DNA of 64,000 bases. It comes from an uncultured delta proteobacterium. Lineage in GTDB: Bacteria; Desulfobacterota; Binatia; UBA9968. Below the pieces are notes generated by a model that was not told the DNA's origin, ran no database searches, and saw nothing but the letters and a program-made list of their open reading frames with translations. Position numbers and translations under genes: made by a program. The stretch's first letter is position 1. Each line of letters opens with the position of its first letter. Shown here in pieces: positions 35,840 through 46,899 of this stretch. The stretch spans positions 736,001-800,000 of the forward strand of contig CAVYTU010000014.1 of the NCBI GenBank assembly GCA_963771465.1, given 5' to 3'.

Positions 35840-37429
35840 ATGGATCCGGTAAAAATCATCGTCGACGGTAAAGAAGTGGTCACCACCAAGGGCAAGACCG
35901 TGATTCAAGCGGCGGCCGAGGTCGGCGTGGCGATTCCACACTACTGCTATCACCCAAAACTTTCCATTGCCGGTAACTGCCGCATGTGTCTGGTTGAGAT
36001 CGAAAAGATGCCCAAGCTGCAAATCGCCTGTAATACTCAGGTGGCGGAAGGCATGTCGGTGCTGACCCAGAGCCCGAAGGTTGTGGCGGTGCGCAAAGCG
36101 GTGATGGAATTTTTGCTGATCAATCATCCGGTGGACTGCCCGATCTGCGATCAAGCCGGCGAGTGCCAGCTGCAAAATTACTACATGGAGCACGATCGCG
36201 AGGAGAGCCGCTTCGAGGTCGGTAAAGTCCACGACCGCAAGAAAACGATCTTCGGCCCCAACGTCATTTTCGACGGCGAGCGCTGCATCAAGTGCACCCG
36301 CTGCGTGCGCTTCTGCCAGGAGATCACCAAGACCGACGAGCTGGCGGTGGTCAACCGCGGCGATCATTCGACGATCGCGCTATTCGACGACGTCGTGCTC
36401 GATAATCCTTTGTCCGCCAACGTCGTCGACATCTGCCCGGTGGGCGCGCTCACCGACCGCGATTTTCGATTCAAAGTGCGCGTCTGGTATTTGGAGAAAA
36501 CGCCGTCCATTTGTCCGGGCTGCAGCACCGGCTGCAATATCAGCGTGGAGGCCTATCAAAACAAAATTGCGCGTTTCAAACCGCGCGTCAACGAAGCGGT
36601 CAACAGCCACTGGATTTGCGACGAAGGGCGCTACTGTTTTCACGATCTCGCCGGTGGCGAGCGTCTGACCACGCCGCTGATCCGTCAAGAAGGCGGCTTG
36701 GTGGCGACGACTTGGGAGATCGCTTTGCAGGCCGTTTACAGCGGCCTTAGCTCGGCTCAGCCGTTGGCGGCGATCCTGTCCGGGCGAAATACTAACGAAG
36801 AAGCATTTCTGTTCGCTAAACTGATTCGGAAAATCGCTCCAGAAGCTGGGTTAGAAGTTTTTTACCAGGAACGTGAACTGACGGAGACCCAGAAAATTCT
36901 CATGAGTCCGGACCGCTCGCCCAATTTCCGCGGCGCGCGGGAAATGGGCGTTAGTTCCAACGGTGGCTTCGACGCCTTGATGCGGCAGCTCGCGACGGGA
37001 AGTTATGCTTCAGCCTACGTCGTCGGTGAGGAGCTGATCGGCGCCAATGGCGATGGTGCTAGAATTCGCGCCGGGTTAGGGAACCTTTCCTTTCTCGTCG
37101 TGCAAGATACACGTATGACGGAAACCGCCAAGCTTGCCCACGTGGTTCTCCCGTCGGTCCATTTCGGCGAGAAAGAGGGTACGTACACCAATCGCAAAGG
37201 GCGGGTGCAAAAGCTCAATGCTGCCGTGATTCCACCCGGTGATGCGCTTCAGGATAGCGAGATATTCTTGCGCTTGCTACAAGCCGCAGGTGAAAAGCTT
37301 GCCTATGTAACGCCGCGCGAAATTTTCGCCGCGCTGGCCGAAGAGGTTTCTGCGTATAAAGGATTGGACTACGACTCGGTGGGCGATCAGGGAATTGAGT
37401 TGGGCAGCGGTGGTGGCGCAGCAACATGA
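35840..37429 (+). CDS. nuoG: NADH-quinone oxidoreductase subunit G (short, 529 aa)
   Basis: IPHYCYHPKL..GNCRMC, HPVDCPICDQAGEC, RCIKCTRC, CPVGAL, CPGCSTGC. Confidence 0.92.
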   Translation: MDPVKIIVDGKEVVTTKGKTVIQAAAEVGVAIPHYCYHPKLSIAGNCRMCLVEIEKMPKLQIACNTQVAEGMSVLTQSPKVVAVRKAVMEFLLINHPVDCPICDQAGECQLQNYYMEHDREESRFEVGKVHDRKKTIFGPNVIFDGERCIKCTRCVRFCQEITKTDELAVVNRGDHSTIALFDDVVLDNPLSANVVDICPVGALTDRDFRFKVRVWYLEKTPSICPGCSTGCNISVEAYQNKIARFKPRVNEAVNSHWICDEGRYCFHDLAGGERLTTPLIRQEGGLVATTWEIALQAVYSGLSSAQPLAAILSGRNTNEEAFLFAKLIRKIAPEAGLEVFYQERELTETQKILMSPDRSPNFRGAREMGVSSNGGFDALMRQLATGSYASAYVVGEELIGANGDGARIRAGLGNLSFLVVQDTRMTETAKLAHVVLPSVHFGEKEGTYTNRKGRVQKLNAAVIPPGDALQDSEIFLRLLQAAGEKLAYVTPREIFAALAEEVSAYKGLDYDSVGDQGIELGSGGGAAT

Positions 37430-38556
37430 TCGTCGATTTCGCGATTATCTTTCTGAAAGCCGCGTTGGTTCTCGGCGTGGTGCTCAATCTCGCCGGCACC
37501 TTGGGCTGGATCGAGCGCAAAAGCAGCGCATTGATTCAAGACCGCATCGGCGCCAACCGCGCATCGATTTTTGGTTTCGCCGGTCTGGGGCTGGTGAACA
37601 CTTTGATCGCTGATCCGCTCAAGTTCCTGACCAAAGAAGATTTCATTCCGCCCAGTGGCGATAAGTTTTTGCATACTTTAGCGCCGTGCATGGCGCTGTT
37701 TCCGGCGTTGGTCACCTTCGCGGTCATTCCCTTCGGCGACGTGCTGAACCTCGGCGGGCGCACGATCAATTTACAGGTCGCCAATATCAACATCGGTATT
37801 CTCTACGTTTTCGCCATGGGATCGCTTGGCGTTTACGGCATCGTCATCGGCGCCTGGGCATCGAACAACAAGTTTTCCATGCTCGGCGGTATACGCGGTT
37901 CAGCGCAGATGATTTCTTACGAGATCGCCATGGGATTATCGGTCATCGGCGTGCTGATGGTTTACGGCACCCTGGAGCTGCAAGAGATCGCGCGCGGTCA
38001 AAGCGCATTGATGCGCGACCTGTTGCCAACCTGGCTGGGCTTCTTGCAACCGGCGATCGGTTGGTTGCCCGCTTGGGGGATATTTCTCCAGCCGCTGGCA
38101 TTTCTGCTTTTCTTCACCGCTGCGGTGGCCGAAACTAAACGGATACCGTTCGATCTACCCGAGGGCGAGTCGGAGCTCGTCGCCGGCTATCACGTCGAAT
38201 ATTCCGGCGGCAAATTTTTAATGTTTTTCGCCGGCGAGTTCGCCGAGATCGTCACCGCCGCCGGCCTGGTGACGACTCTGTTCTTCGGCGGTTGGCAGGT
38301 GCCCTATTTGCTCCGCGACGGCTTTCACTTTCCCTGGGGCGCGACGTTGCTGCTGCCGCACTTGGCCGTGGTGCTGCTGCAGGTCGGTGCCTTTGCGCTA
38401 AAGGTGGTTTTTTTCTGCTGGCTGCAGATCTTGCTGCGCTGGAGCGTGCCGCGTTTTCGCTACGATCAGGTGATGCGCTTGGGCTGGAAGATGCTTTTGC
38501 CGCTGGCGCTGATCAACGTCGCGGTGACGGCCGTCTGGATCGTCGCCGCGCAGTAA
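37426..38556 (+). CDS. nuoH: NADH-quinone oxidoreductase subunit H
   Basis: ERK..ALIQDRIG, AQMISYE, PFDLPEGESELVAGY, PRFRYDQ. Confidence 0.96.
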   Translation: MIVDFAIIFLKAALVLGVVLNLAGTLGWIERKSSALIQDRIGANRASIFGFAGLGLVNTLIADPLKFLTKEDFIPPSGDKFLHTLAPCMALFPALVTFAVIPFGDVLNLGGRTINLQVANINIGILYVFAMGSLGVYGIVIGAWASNNKFSMLGGIRGSAQMISYEIAMGLSVIGVLMVYGTLELQEIARGQSALMRDLLPTWLGFLQPAIGWLPAWGIFLQPLAFLLFFTAAVAETKRIPFDLPEGESELVAGYHVEYSGGKFLMFFAGEFAEIVTAAGLVTTLFFGGWQVPYLLRDGFHFPWGATLLLPHLAVVLLQVGAFALKVVFFCWLQILLRWSVPRFRYDQVMRLGWKMLLPLALINVAVTAVWIVAAQ

Positions 38557-38568
38557 GAATTTCAAAGC

Positions 38569-39069
38569 ATGGATATCGAAAGTCTGATTTTCTATTTGCT
38601 CGCCGCCCTGCTGTTGATCGCTTCGCTGCTGGTGGTGTTTCTGCGCAACGTTGTCCACTGCGCCATGGCGTTGGTGACGGCGTTGTTGCTGATCGCGGTT
38701 TTGTTCATCACCTTGCACGCGCCGATGATCGGTGTCCTACAAGTCATAATCTACGCCGGTGCGATAATGGTTTTGTTTCTCTTCGTCATCATGTTTCTCA
38801 ACCCTGCTGTTTTGGAACAGCAACGCGGCATTTGGTGGGGCTTTGGTACAATCTTGGCGTCGCTGTTGGCGGGGCTACTGATTCCTCTGCTTGGGCGCGA
38901 CGAGCTCCCCAGCGATCCGCTGGCGGCCACTGAGCTTTTCGGTAGCCCGGAGATGCTAGCGAAAAGTTTGTTCAACGAGTTCGTTCTGCCCTTCGAGATC
39001 GCCTCGGTATTACTGCTGGTGGCGATCATCGGCGCGGTGGTGTTGGCCAAGCGGGAGCATAAGACATGA
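38569..39069 (+). CDS. nuoJ: NADH-quinone oxidoreductase subunit J
   Basis: [24 protein letters not shown]. Confidence 0.95.
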   Translation: MDIESLIFYLLAALLLIASLLVVFLRNVVHCAMALVTALLLIAVLFITLHAPMIGVLQVIIYAGAIMVLFLFVIMFLNPAVLEQQRGIWWGFGTILASLLAGLLIPLLGRDELPSDPLAATELFGSPEMLAKSLFNEFVLPFEIASVLLLVAIIGAVVLAKREHKT

Positions 39070-39371
39070 TCGTCGGCTTGCAACACTATCTCATTCTGAG
39101 CGCGGTGATTTTTTCCATCGGCGTGATCGGTGTGCTGATCCGGCGCAATTTGATCGTTGTCCTCATGTCGATCGAGCTCATGCTCAATGCGGTCAATCTC
39201 ACCTTCATCGCTTTTTCGCGCTATCTCGGCTCCACCGATGGCCAAGTCATCGTTTTTTTCGTCATGGCGGTGGCCGCGGCTGAAGCGGTCATCGGCCTGG
39301 CGATTATCATTTCCGTCTTTCGCCACCGCCAAACCCTCGACCCCCAGGAGATGCAGCTACTCAAATGGTAG
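39066..39371 (+). CDS. nuoK: NADH-quinone oxidoreductase subunit K
   Basis: [23 protein letters not shown]. Confidence 0.96.
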   Translation: MIVGLQHYLILSAVIFSIGVIGVLIRRNLIVVLMSIELMLNAVNLTFIAFSRYLGSTDGQVIVFFVMAVAAAEAVIGLAIIISVFRHRQTLDPQEMQLLKW

Positions 39372-41284
39372 AGGCGCCGGCAAACACGATCGCCAGCGAT
39401 TTGTTGCGTTGGCTCCCCCTGATCCCGCTCTCGGCCAGTGTGTTCAATCTGTTCTTTGGCCGCTGGCTCGGCAAGCAATTGGCCGGCGCCGTGGCTTCGG
39501 CCGCAGTAGGCGCGTCTTTTGCGCTGGCGTTCTATCTATTTTGGCAAATGGCGTCGACGGCGATCTGGCGCGATAGCGTCTTTACCTGGATTCAGTCCGG
39601 CTCGTTTCAAGTCAATCTTTCCTTCCAAGTCGACGCGCTGACCGCGGTGATGTTGCTGATCGTCACCGGCATCGGCTTTCTGATCCATCTCTACTCGCTT
39701 GGCTACATGGGCCACGATGACGACAGGGTGCGCTTTTTCATCTATCTCAATCTGTTTATCTTCTTCATGCTGCTTTTGGTGATGGCCGACAACTTACTAC
39801 TGCTCTTCGTCGGTTGGGAGGGCGTCGGTCTTTGTTCCTACTTGCTGATCGGATTTTGGCATCGTGATCACAACAACACTATCGCCGGCAACAAGGCGTT
39901 CATCGTCAACCGCATCGGTGACTTCGGCTTCCTTCTGGGCATTTTTTTGCTGGTCACCGAGCTCGCCCGCCAGGGCGTGTGGACGTTGGATTTCATCGAG
40001 TTGCAGCAGCAGGTGAAGCTGCTCAGTCCGGCGACGATTACGTTGATTACGTTGCTGCTTTTTATCGGTGCCGCCGGCAAGTCGGCGCAAATTCCTCTAT
40101 TCGTCTGGCTGCCCGACGCCATGGCCGGTCCTACGCCGGTGAGCGCTCTGATCCATGCCGCAACCATGGTGACCGCCGGCGTATACATGACCGCGCGGCT
40201 GCATTTTCTTTTTGCCCTGGCGCCGGCGACCCTCGGGCTGATCGCCGTGATCGGCGCGGCGACGGCCTTGCTCGCCGCGACCATCGCATTGACGCAAAAC
40301 GATATTAAGAAAGTTCTTGCCTATTCGACCGTGAGCCAGCTCGGTTATATGTTTCTCGCCGTCGGCTTGGGCGCTTTCGGCGCGGCGATCTTTCATGTTT
40401 TCACCCATGCGTTTTTCAAGGCTTGTTTGTTCCTGGGATCGGGCAGCGTGATTCACGCCCTCGGCGGCGAACAGGATATGCGCAAAATGGGCGGGCTCAA
40501 GGCGCATATGCCGCAGACCTATTGGACTTACATGGTCGCGACCTTGGCGCTCGCCGGCATTCCGTTCACCGCCGGTTTTTTTTCCAAAGATTTAATTCTT
40601 TGGCAGGCGTTCAGCCACGGCGCGTTTGTTCTTTGGGGCGTCGGTTTGGTCACTGCGGGCATGACCGCGTTCTACATGTTCCGCCAGGTCTTCATGGTGT
40701 TTCATGGTCAGTGCCGCGCCGACGAGCATGCCAAAGCGCATCTCCATGAATCGCCGGCGGTGATGACGCTGCCGTTGATCATTCTCGCCGTCGGTTCGAT
40801 CTTTACCGGTTGGTTGGGCGCGCCAGAGTATCTTTGGGGCAGCCGCTGGGATCATTGGCTTGAGCCGTTGTTCGGCACGGCGGTGCATCATGGGTCGGTC
40901 GGCACCGAAGTGGTCGTTACTTTGCTTACCGTCGCCGTAGTCGCCGCGGGAATCTATCTCGCCTACGAGAAATACGGCAAAGCCGGGACGACAATCGCCG
41001 AACCTGCCGTTGGCAATCGGCTGCAGCAACTTTCGCTCAATAAATTTTACGTCGACGAGTTTTACGATTTGGTTTTGGTGCGGCCGTTCACGAGGATCTC
41101 CGGTTTCTTTGCTCATTTTATCGATCCGTGGGTGATCGATGGAGCGGTCAATGGCGTGGCAGCGGCGACGCGCGGCGCCAGCACGATCTGGCGCGCAATC
41201 CAGACCGGCAACGTGCAGCATTACGCGGCGATGTTTTTGGTCGGTGTGCTGGCGCTGTTAGCCTACTATCTCGGTCAGTTGTAA
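39365..41284 (+). CDS. nuoL: NADH-quinone oxidoreductase subunit L
   Basis: [47 protein letters not shown]. Confidence 0.97.
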   Translation: MVEAPANTIASDLLRWLPLIPLSASVFNLFFGRWLGKQLAGAVASAAVGASFALAFYLFWQMASTAIWRDSVFTWIQSGSFQVNLSFQVDALTAVMLLIVTGIGFLIHLYSLGYMGHDDDRVRFFIYLNLFIFFMLLLVMADNLLLLFVGWEGVGLCSYLLIGFWHRDHNNTIAGNKAFIVNRIGDFGFLLGIFLLVTELARQGVWTLDFIELQQQVKLLSPATITLITLLLFIGAAGKSAQIPLFVWLPDAMAGPTPVSALIHAATMVTAGVYMTARLHFLFALAPATLGLIAVIGAATALLAATIALTQNDIKKVLAYSTVSQLGYMFLAVGLGAFGAAIFHVFTHAFFKACLFLGSGSVIHALGGEQDMRKMGGLKAHMPQTYWTYMVATLALAGIPFTAGFFSKDLILWQAFSHGAFVLWGVGLVTAGMTAFYMFRQVFMVFHGQCRADEHAKAHLHESPAVMTLPLIILAVGSIFTGWLGAPEYLWGSRWDHWLEPLFGTAVHHGSVGTEVVVTLLTVAVVAAGIYLAYEKYGKAGTTIAEPAVGNRLQQLSLNKFYVDEFYDLVLVRPFTRISGFFAHFIDPWVIDGAVNGVAAATRGASTIWRAIQTGNVQHYAAMFLVGVLALLAYYLGQL

Positions 41285-41286
41285 AC

Positions 41287-42837
41287 ATGGAGAGCTACGG
41301 TTTTGGAGACTTGACACTGCTGCTCGCCATCCCGGTGATCGGCGCGCTATTGCTAGTACTGCTGCCCCGGCGTCAAACCATAATGCTTTTTTCCCTGGCT
41401 CTGCTTTCGGCCGGCGCGGCATTTTTCTGGTCGCTAAAGATTTTCACCAAGTTCGATGGCGGCAACGGCGGCATGCAGCTCATGGAGCGCGTGGCGTGGA
41501 TGCCGAGCTTTGGCATTCACTACATGGTCGGCATCGACGGCATCAGTATTTTCCTGGTCTTGCTGACGACGTTGCTCATGCCGCTGGCGATCTTGGCCTC
41601 ATGGACGGTGCAGGACAAAGTCAAAGAATATCTGATCTTCATGTTGCTTTTGGAAACCGGCATGCTCGGCGCCTTCGTCGCGCTCGATCTTTTTCTCTTC
41701 TACGTTTTTTGGGAAGTGATGCTGGTGCCGATGTATTTTCTCATCGGCGTGTGGGGCGGCACGCGGCGCATTTATGCCGCGCTCAAGTTCGTCATCTTCA
41801 CCATGGCCGGTAGCTTGCTCATGCTGGTGGCGATCATTTATCTCGCCACGCGCCATGCTGAAGTGAACCAGGTGATGACGTTTAACTTGCTCCAGCTTTA
41901 CGAACTACACCTGCCGCCCGAGCAGCAAATGTGGTTGTTTCTCGCCTTTGCGTTGTCCTTCGCGATCAAAGTTCCGCTGTTTCCATTTCATACCTGGTTG
42001 CCCGACGCCCATGTGGAAGCGCCGACGGCGGGTTCGGTGATCCTCGCCGGTGTTCTCTTGAAGCTCGGCACCTACGGCTTTTTGCGCTTCGCCATTCCAC
42101 TTTTTCCAGACGCTGCGTTAGCGGCGACACCCTACATCGTCGCACTCGCCGTCATCGGTATTATCTACGGCGCGGTGGTGGCGATGATGCAGAGCGATAT
42201 TAAAAAGTTGGTTGCCTATTCGTCCGTCAGCCATCTCGGTTTCGTCATCCTCGGACTGTTCGCGCTCAACATGCAAGGCGTGCAGGGTGCGGTCTATCAG
42301 ATGATCAATCACGGTTTGTCCACCGGCGCGTTGTTTCTCTTGGTCGGCATGATTTACGAACGGCGCCACACGCGCATGATCGACGCCTTCGGCGGTTTGT
42401 GGCAGCCGCTGCCGGTTTTTTCGACATTGTTTTTGGTGGTAATGTTTTCGTCCATCGGCTTGCCCGGCCTCAACGGTTTCGTCGGCGAGTTTTTGATCTT
42501 GCTCGGTTCTTTTAGCGCGGCGCCGCGCTGGACCGCCGTCGCCACCACCGGGGTCATTCTCGGCGCGGTTTACATGCTCTGGATGTTTCGCCGGGTTATC
42601 TTTGGGCCGCTGACCCATGCGGAAAACCTGCAGTTAAAAGATTTGAACGGCCGCGAGTTGCTGATTCTCGCGCCGATTCTGCTGCTGATCGTTTTCATGG
42701 GCATCTACCCGCAGCCGTTCCTGAGCCGTATCGAGCCGGCCGTGGAGCAGACCTTGAAACGAGTGTTCGCGACGACGGCGCTGCCGGTGGCCGTCAAACA
42801 AAATCTCAGCGGGAAGCAAAAAAGCGATGGACGTTAA
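41287..42837 (+). CDS. nuoM: NADH-quinone oxidoreductase subunit M
   Basis: FWEVML, KVPLFPFHTWLPDAHVEAP, AYSSVSH, GLPGLNGFVGE. Start ATG 41287. Confidence 0.96.
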   Translation: MESYGFGDLTLLLAIPVIGALLLVLLPRRQTIMLFSLALLSAGAAFFWSLKIFTKFDGGNGGMQLMERVAWMPSFGIHYMVGIDGISIFLVLLTTLLMPLAILASWTVQDKVKEYLIFMLLLETGMLGAFVALDLFLFYVFWEVMLVPMYFLIGVWGGTRRIYAALKFVIFTMAGSLLMLVAIIYLATRHAEVNQVMTFNLLQLYELHLPPEQQMWLFLAFALSFAIKVPLFPFHTWLPDAHVEAPTAGSVILAGVLLKLGTYGFLRFAIPLFPDAALAATPYIVALAVIGIIYGAVVAMMQSDIKKLVAYSSVSHLGFVILGLFALNMQGVQGAVYQMINHGLSTGALFLLVGMIYERRHTRMIDAFGGLWQPLPVFSTLFLVVMFSSIGLPGLNGFVGEFLILLGSFSAAPRWTAVATTGVILGAVYMLWMFRRVIFGPLTHAENLQLKDLNGRELLILAPILLLIVFMGIYPQPFLSRIEPAVEQTLKRVFATTALPVAVKQNLSGKQKSDGR

Positions 42838-44272
42838 TCTCACGCCGCTCTTGCCTGCGATCCAGGTCTTGGTGACGGCGTTGGTCGTCGTCGGGCGCGA
42901 TCTTTTCATTGAAGAGAACGAGTCGAAAGGCGTGCTGGCATTTTATAGCCTGGTCGGTCTCGGGCTGGCGGTAGCGGAAGTCGTGGTGCTGCTTTCCGGC
43001 CGCCAGGAAAGCGCGTTCAACGAGAGCATCATGCTCGACGGCTTCGCGCTTTTTTTCACCTTGATTTTTTTAATGGCTGCGGCGCTGACGATTTTGTCCT
43101 CGATCCATTACGTCAGACAGACCGGTATCCACGAGGGCGAATTTTATTCGCTGATTCTCTTCGCCACCGTCGGCATGATTCTCATGGCGGCGGCCAACGA
43201 TTTGATCGTTTTTTTCCTTGGCTTGGAGACCATGTCAATCGCGATTTACGTGCTCACCGGTATGTGGCGCTCAAGCGGCCGCTCCAGCGAAGCGTCGATG
43301 AAGTATTTTCTCATGGGCGCATTCGCCACCGGGTTTTTGCTCTATGGCATCGCGCTGATTTACGGCGCCACCGGGTCGACCAACCTGAACCAGATTTCCA
43401 CGTTCTTGCTCGATCAGCCCACCGAGTGGCCGGCTTATCTGATCGGCGGCGGTTTCTTGCTGCTGATCGGTTTTGCTTTCAAAGCCGGCGCCGTGCCGTT
43501 TCACTTCTGGGTGCCGGACGTCTACGACGGCGCGCCGACGCCGGTGACCGGTTTTATGTCGGTTGCGGTGAAAGCCGCGGCGTTCGCCGCCTGGGGGCGG
43601 ATCGTACTTTACAAGCTGTCGCCTCTGGATGGCGACTGGGTGTTTCCGCTCTGGGTCGTCACGATCGCGACGATGACATTGGGCAACATCCTGGCGATCA
43701 CCCAGACGAGCGTCAAGCGCATGCTCGCTTACTCGAGCATCGCTCATGCCGGCTATCTGCTGATCCCCATCGTCGTCGGCGTCGAATGGGGAGGATTGCC
43801 CCTGCTCTTTTACGTTTTGACGTACTCGTTCATGACGCTGGGAGCATTCGCCGTCCTAAGCTCAATGTCTGAAGGCGATGAGCCGCGCGAGAATTATTCG
43901 GACTTTGCCGGCCTCGGCTTTAGGCGGCCATTCATCGCTCTGGCGATGAGCTTGTTCATGCTTTCCCTTGCGGGCTTTCCACCGCTCGCCGGCTTCGCCG
44001 GAAAATTCTACGTTTTTCGTTCAGCCGTGCTCGCAGGTCATTTACCTCTCGCCATCATCGGCGTGCTCAACAGCCTGCTGTCGGTGATCTATTATCTGCG
44101 CGTCATCGTCGCCATGTACATGGAAGAAGGCGGCGCCGAAGGCAAACGATTTGTTGAAGCGCCCTATGTTTATGTCGCGATTCTCATCGCCGTTGCTGGC
44201 ACGCTCTACCTTGGCATCCTGCCCAGCGCAGCGCTCGACTGGAGCCGCATCGCCTTTGCATCGCTGGAATAA
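42827..44272 (+). CDS. nuoN: NADH-quinone oxidoreductase subunit N
   Basis: EASMKYF, PFHFWVPDVYDGAP, KRMLAYSSIAH, GFPPLAGF, YYLR. Confidence 0.96.
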   Translation: MDVNLTPLLPAIQVLVTALVVVGRDLFIEENESKGVLAFYSLVGLGLAVAEVVVLLSGRQESAFNESIMLDGFALFFTLIFLMAAALTILSSIHYVRQTGIHEGEFYSLILFATVGMILMAAANDLIVFFLGLETMSIAIYVLTGMWRSSGRSSEASMKYFLMGAFATGFLLYGIALIYGATGSTNLNQISTFLLDQPTEWPAYLIGGGFLLLIGFAFKAGAVPFHFWVPDVYDGAPTPVTGFMSVAVKAAAFAAWGRIVLYKLSPLDGDWVFPLWVVTIATMTLGNILAITQTSVKRMLAYSSIAHAGYLLIPIVVGVEWGGLPLLFYVLTYSFMTLGAFAVLSSMSEGDEPRENYSDFAGLGFRRPFIALAMSLFMLSLAGFPPLAGFAGKFYVFRSAVLAGHLPLAIIGVLNSLLSVIYYLRVIVAMYMEEGGAEGKRFVEAPYVYVAILIAVAGTLYLGILPSAALDWSRIAFASLE

Positions 44273-44312
44273 ATCAGTTGCAAGCTAGAAGTTGCGGATT
44301 CGGCGATTTAAT

Positions 44313-44350
44313 CGCAAAGAGCGCAAAGCACGCAAAATGGAGAATCGGAA
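44313..44350. repeat. Single-arm nonamer array (CGCAAAGAG-CGCAAAGCA-CGCAAAA) followed by TCGGA
   Basis: Seen directly downstream of nuoN. Confidence 0.6.
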
Positions 44351-44386
44351 CGGTTTTCTCCCGCGGCGGCACTGCCGATACGCCAA

Positions 44387-45220
44387 TCAGTTTGATTTGG
44401 CGTAGAAACCAATCGCCACCGGCACTTCGGCTGTGCCGGCGACGAACTCTTCGAATTTGCCGGACTTAACAAACAGCTGGGCAGAGCCGCCGCCGTCGAG
44501 ATTGAGCAAGTCGGGCGCGTCCAACTGCCACTTTGCGTTGCTGAATAGTTCTTGCAGCTCAGCGAAGCTCAGGCCGCCGATCACCGCATCAGTTACCCCG
44601 ACAATGATACGTCCTTGCTTGTCGACACCGATCATAGCCCGGCGCGCGTAGCGGCCGAGACCGCTCATTATATCCACCGGCGCGCCGTGATTGAGTAGCA
44701 GGGGACCGGCTTGCAGCGCCTCGCCGGCGTGCCCCGGTTGAAAGTCATCACGGTGCAGCACCAACGGCTTTGCGTCGTGAACCGCGAAGATACCCGTATA
44801 AAGCGCATGCTTCGATAGGCTGCGATTGATTTCCTGACTTCCTGTCTTTAGGTAAGCCAGCGCGCGCCCTTTGTCATCGAAGTAGTTGGCGTTGATGGCC
44901 GCCAAGGCGCCGCTTTTCTCCGCGAACGTTTTCGCGTTGGCACTTTTGAGTTGGAAATCGGCGGCGATCAAAACCTTCGCGGCGATTAGCTTGGAATCCA
45001 GTCGTAGTAGTTTAAGCTCGAGTGTCGAACTCGGCTCGGAACGTTCGAAAGCGAGCTTACGGTATTCAAGGCCTTTCTGAATGGTGCGCCAGTTGCCTGG
45101 CGCCGTGACCGTGAGGTTGGAACTGATTTTACCTTTGGCAGTGCTCTGCGGTTCGATTGGCGCTGCGAGCAGAATTAACCAAACGGAACTGATCGCCAGC
45201 GCGCTAGCAAAACGTTTCAT
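44387..45220 (-). CDS. Phosphodiester glycosidase (NAGPA/DUF2233) family exported protein
   Basis: AAINANYF, QAGPLL, ARRAMIG, NLDGGGS; signal peptide from ATG 45220. Confidence 0.85.
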   Translation of the reverse strand: MKRFASALAISSVWLILLAAPIEPQSTAKGKISSNLTVTAPGNWRTIQKGLEYRKLAFERSEPSSTLELKLLRLDSKLIAAKVLIAADFQLKSANAKTFAEKSGALAAINANYFDDKGRALAYLKTGSQEINRSLSKHALYTGIFAVHDAKPLVLHRDDFQPGHAGEALQAGPLLLNHGAPVDIMSGLGRYARRAMIGVDKQGRIIVGVTDAVIGGLSFAELQELFSNAKWQLDAPDLLNLDGGGSAQLFVKSGKFEEFVAGTAEVPVAIGFYAKSN

Positions 45221-45356
45221 ATGGGATGAGAATAACAAACGAAGCCGTAAAGAAAAGCGCCTCATCGGTAGTCTCAAAGTCTTGGAACTATCAGTTTGCT
45301 TCGCGAGGCGTGTTGCTGCTAACTAAAACAGAGAGAAAATTTTTCAGGAGGAAATC

Positions 45357-45572
45357 ATGGGTAAATGTTTTCGATTAACGAGCGTTATTTTGGCCATCGT
45401 GGTGATATCGGCATGCGGCGACAAGAAAGATCAAGCGGAGCGCGAGGAGGCGGCGAAGCAGGCGATCCAACAGGGAGCGCAAAAAGAACAGAAGATGATG
45501 GAAGGTATGGCCAAGGGCGTCGAGAACCTCGAAAAGAAAATGACCGAAACTAAGGAAGAGACGAAAAAATAG
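45357..45572 (+). CDS. Small lipoprotein
   Basis: AGGAGG RBS, hydrophobic leader with ISAC lipobox, charged coiled C-terminus. Confidence 0.75.
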   Translation: MGKCFRLTSVILAIVVISACGDKKDQAEREEAAKQAIQQGAQKEQKMMEGMAKGVENLEKKMTETKEETKK

Positions 45573-45613
45573 CCCATGGGGCGACGCGGCGGCAGGTGTC
45601 ACTGACACCGGCG

Positions 45614-45937
45614 TTAGGCGTGAATTTTCGGCGCGATCTCGAAAACCACGCGGTTTAGCTGCGGCGGCGAATCGCGCAGCGTCAATATCTGCTTGCGAAA
45701 ACCGTCGTCGGTGACTTGCTTCGCCATGCAGGCAAATTTCTCGCCTTTGACGATAATCTCTACAGCGGGATTCTTGATCATGTTCTGACACCAGTGTTTG
45801 CCTGCGACCTGGCTCGAAGTCGCGTAGAAGTTTCCTTTGGAATGGAGAAAGCGCAACTCCACCGTGCGCAGCTGGCCGGTTTTGCGACCTACGGTAGTCA
45901 GATTCGCGACGATGGTCGACCCGTCTTTTAGGTTCAT
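45614..45937 (-). CDS. Deazaflavin (F420)-dependent nitroreductase/quinone reductase family (DDN-like)
   Basis: LTTVGRKTGQLRTVEL, HWCQNMIKNPAV. Confidence 0.75.
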   Translation of the reverse strand: MNLKDGSTIVANLTTVGRKTGQLRTVELRFLHSKGNFYATSSQVAGKHWCQNMIKNPAVEIIVKGEKFACMAKQVTDDGFRKQILTLRDSPPQLNRVVFEIAPKIHA

Positions 45938-46067
45938 GGCCACGAATATACTTTTCTGATCGCCGTGAGACAAGTCGGTGGCGATCGTCTTGACTCTCTC
46001 GGAGCGGCAAGGATAAGCTTGGCGACGTTTAAGCGGTGAAATGAGTCGTTATTTTCTGGAGGCGAGC

Positions 46068-46892
46068 ATGGCGGTAAAGAAGTCGACGGGAATCGTTCCG
46101 ACAATGGTCAAGTTCGGCAGCGGTATCAGCGCCGTGCGGGCGTTGCCCAAGGCCAAAGGCAAACGGCCGGCGGTGATTATTCTGCACGAACGCTACGGTA
46201 TCGATCAGCATACCAAAGATCTGACGGCGAGATTGGCTCAGTCCGGCTTCGTCGGCCTGGCGCCGGATCTGTTCCATCGATTCACCGGCGACCGCAAAGC
46301 GCTGCTGCGCGGCGAACAACGCGTCGATCTCACCGATGACGGCGCGCTGGCGGATCTAAATGCGGCGATCGACTATCTCAAAAGATTGAAAGAGGTCGAC
46401 GCGACACGTATCGGCATCATCGGCGTGTGTCAAACCGGACGCCAGCCGGTGTTGGTCGCGGCGAACCGCGATGACATTGCCGGTGTGGTCGTGCTTTACG
46501 GCGCCATCGGCGGCCGAGAGTGGCAGGGTAGCGAGCTTCGCCCAACACCGATTGAAGATCTGGTCGCTAAACTGAGCTGTCCAGTGTTGGGCGTGTTCGG
46601 CGAAGCCGATCATATTATTTCAGTCGATGACGTGGCGCGCTTTCGCAACTGTTGCGAGAAGTACAAGAAGAGCTGTCACATCCGCGTTTATCGCGACGCG
46701 CCGCATGGCTGGCTCAACGACACCATGCCCGGTCGCTATCGTAGGGAAGCCGCCAACGACGCGTGGAAGCTAATGATGGCGTTTCTGAAAAAGTGCTTCG
46801 CCGGCGGGTGGGATAAGGATCGCATTTCCTGCACCTTCGAAAGCGATTACTCGGCTACTTACGATTTTAAGAAAAATGTCCGCATGGAATAG
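46068..46892 (+). CDS. Dienelactone hydrolase family protein
   Basis: HERYG, LAPDLF, GVCQTG (Cys nucleophile), GEAD, APHGW; GGAGG RBS. Confidence 0.88.
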   Translation: MAVKKSTGIVPTMVKFGSGISAVRALPKAKGKRPAVIILHERYGIDQHTKDLTARLAQSGFVGLAPDLFHRFTGDRKALLRGEQRVDLTDDGALADLNAAIDYLKRLKEVDATRIGIIGVCQTGRQPVLVAANRDDIAGVVVLYGAIGGREWQGSELRPTPIEDLVAKLSCPVLGVFGEADHIISVDDVARFRNCCEKYKKSCHIRVYRDAPHGWLNDTMPGRYRREAANDAWKLMMAFLKKCFAGGWDKDRISCTFESDYSATYDFKKNVRME

Positions 46893-46899
46893 TGAAGCG

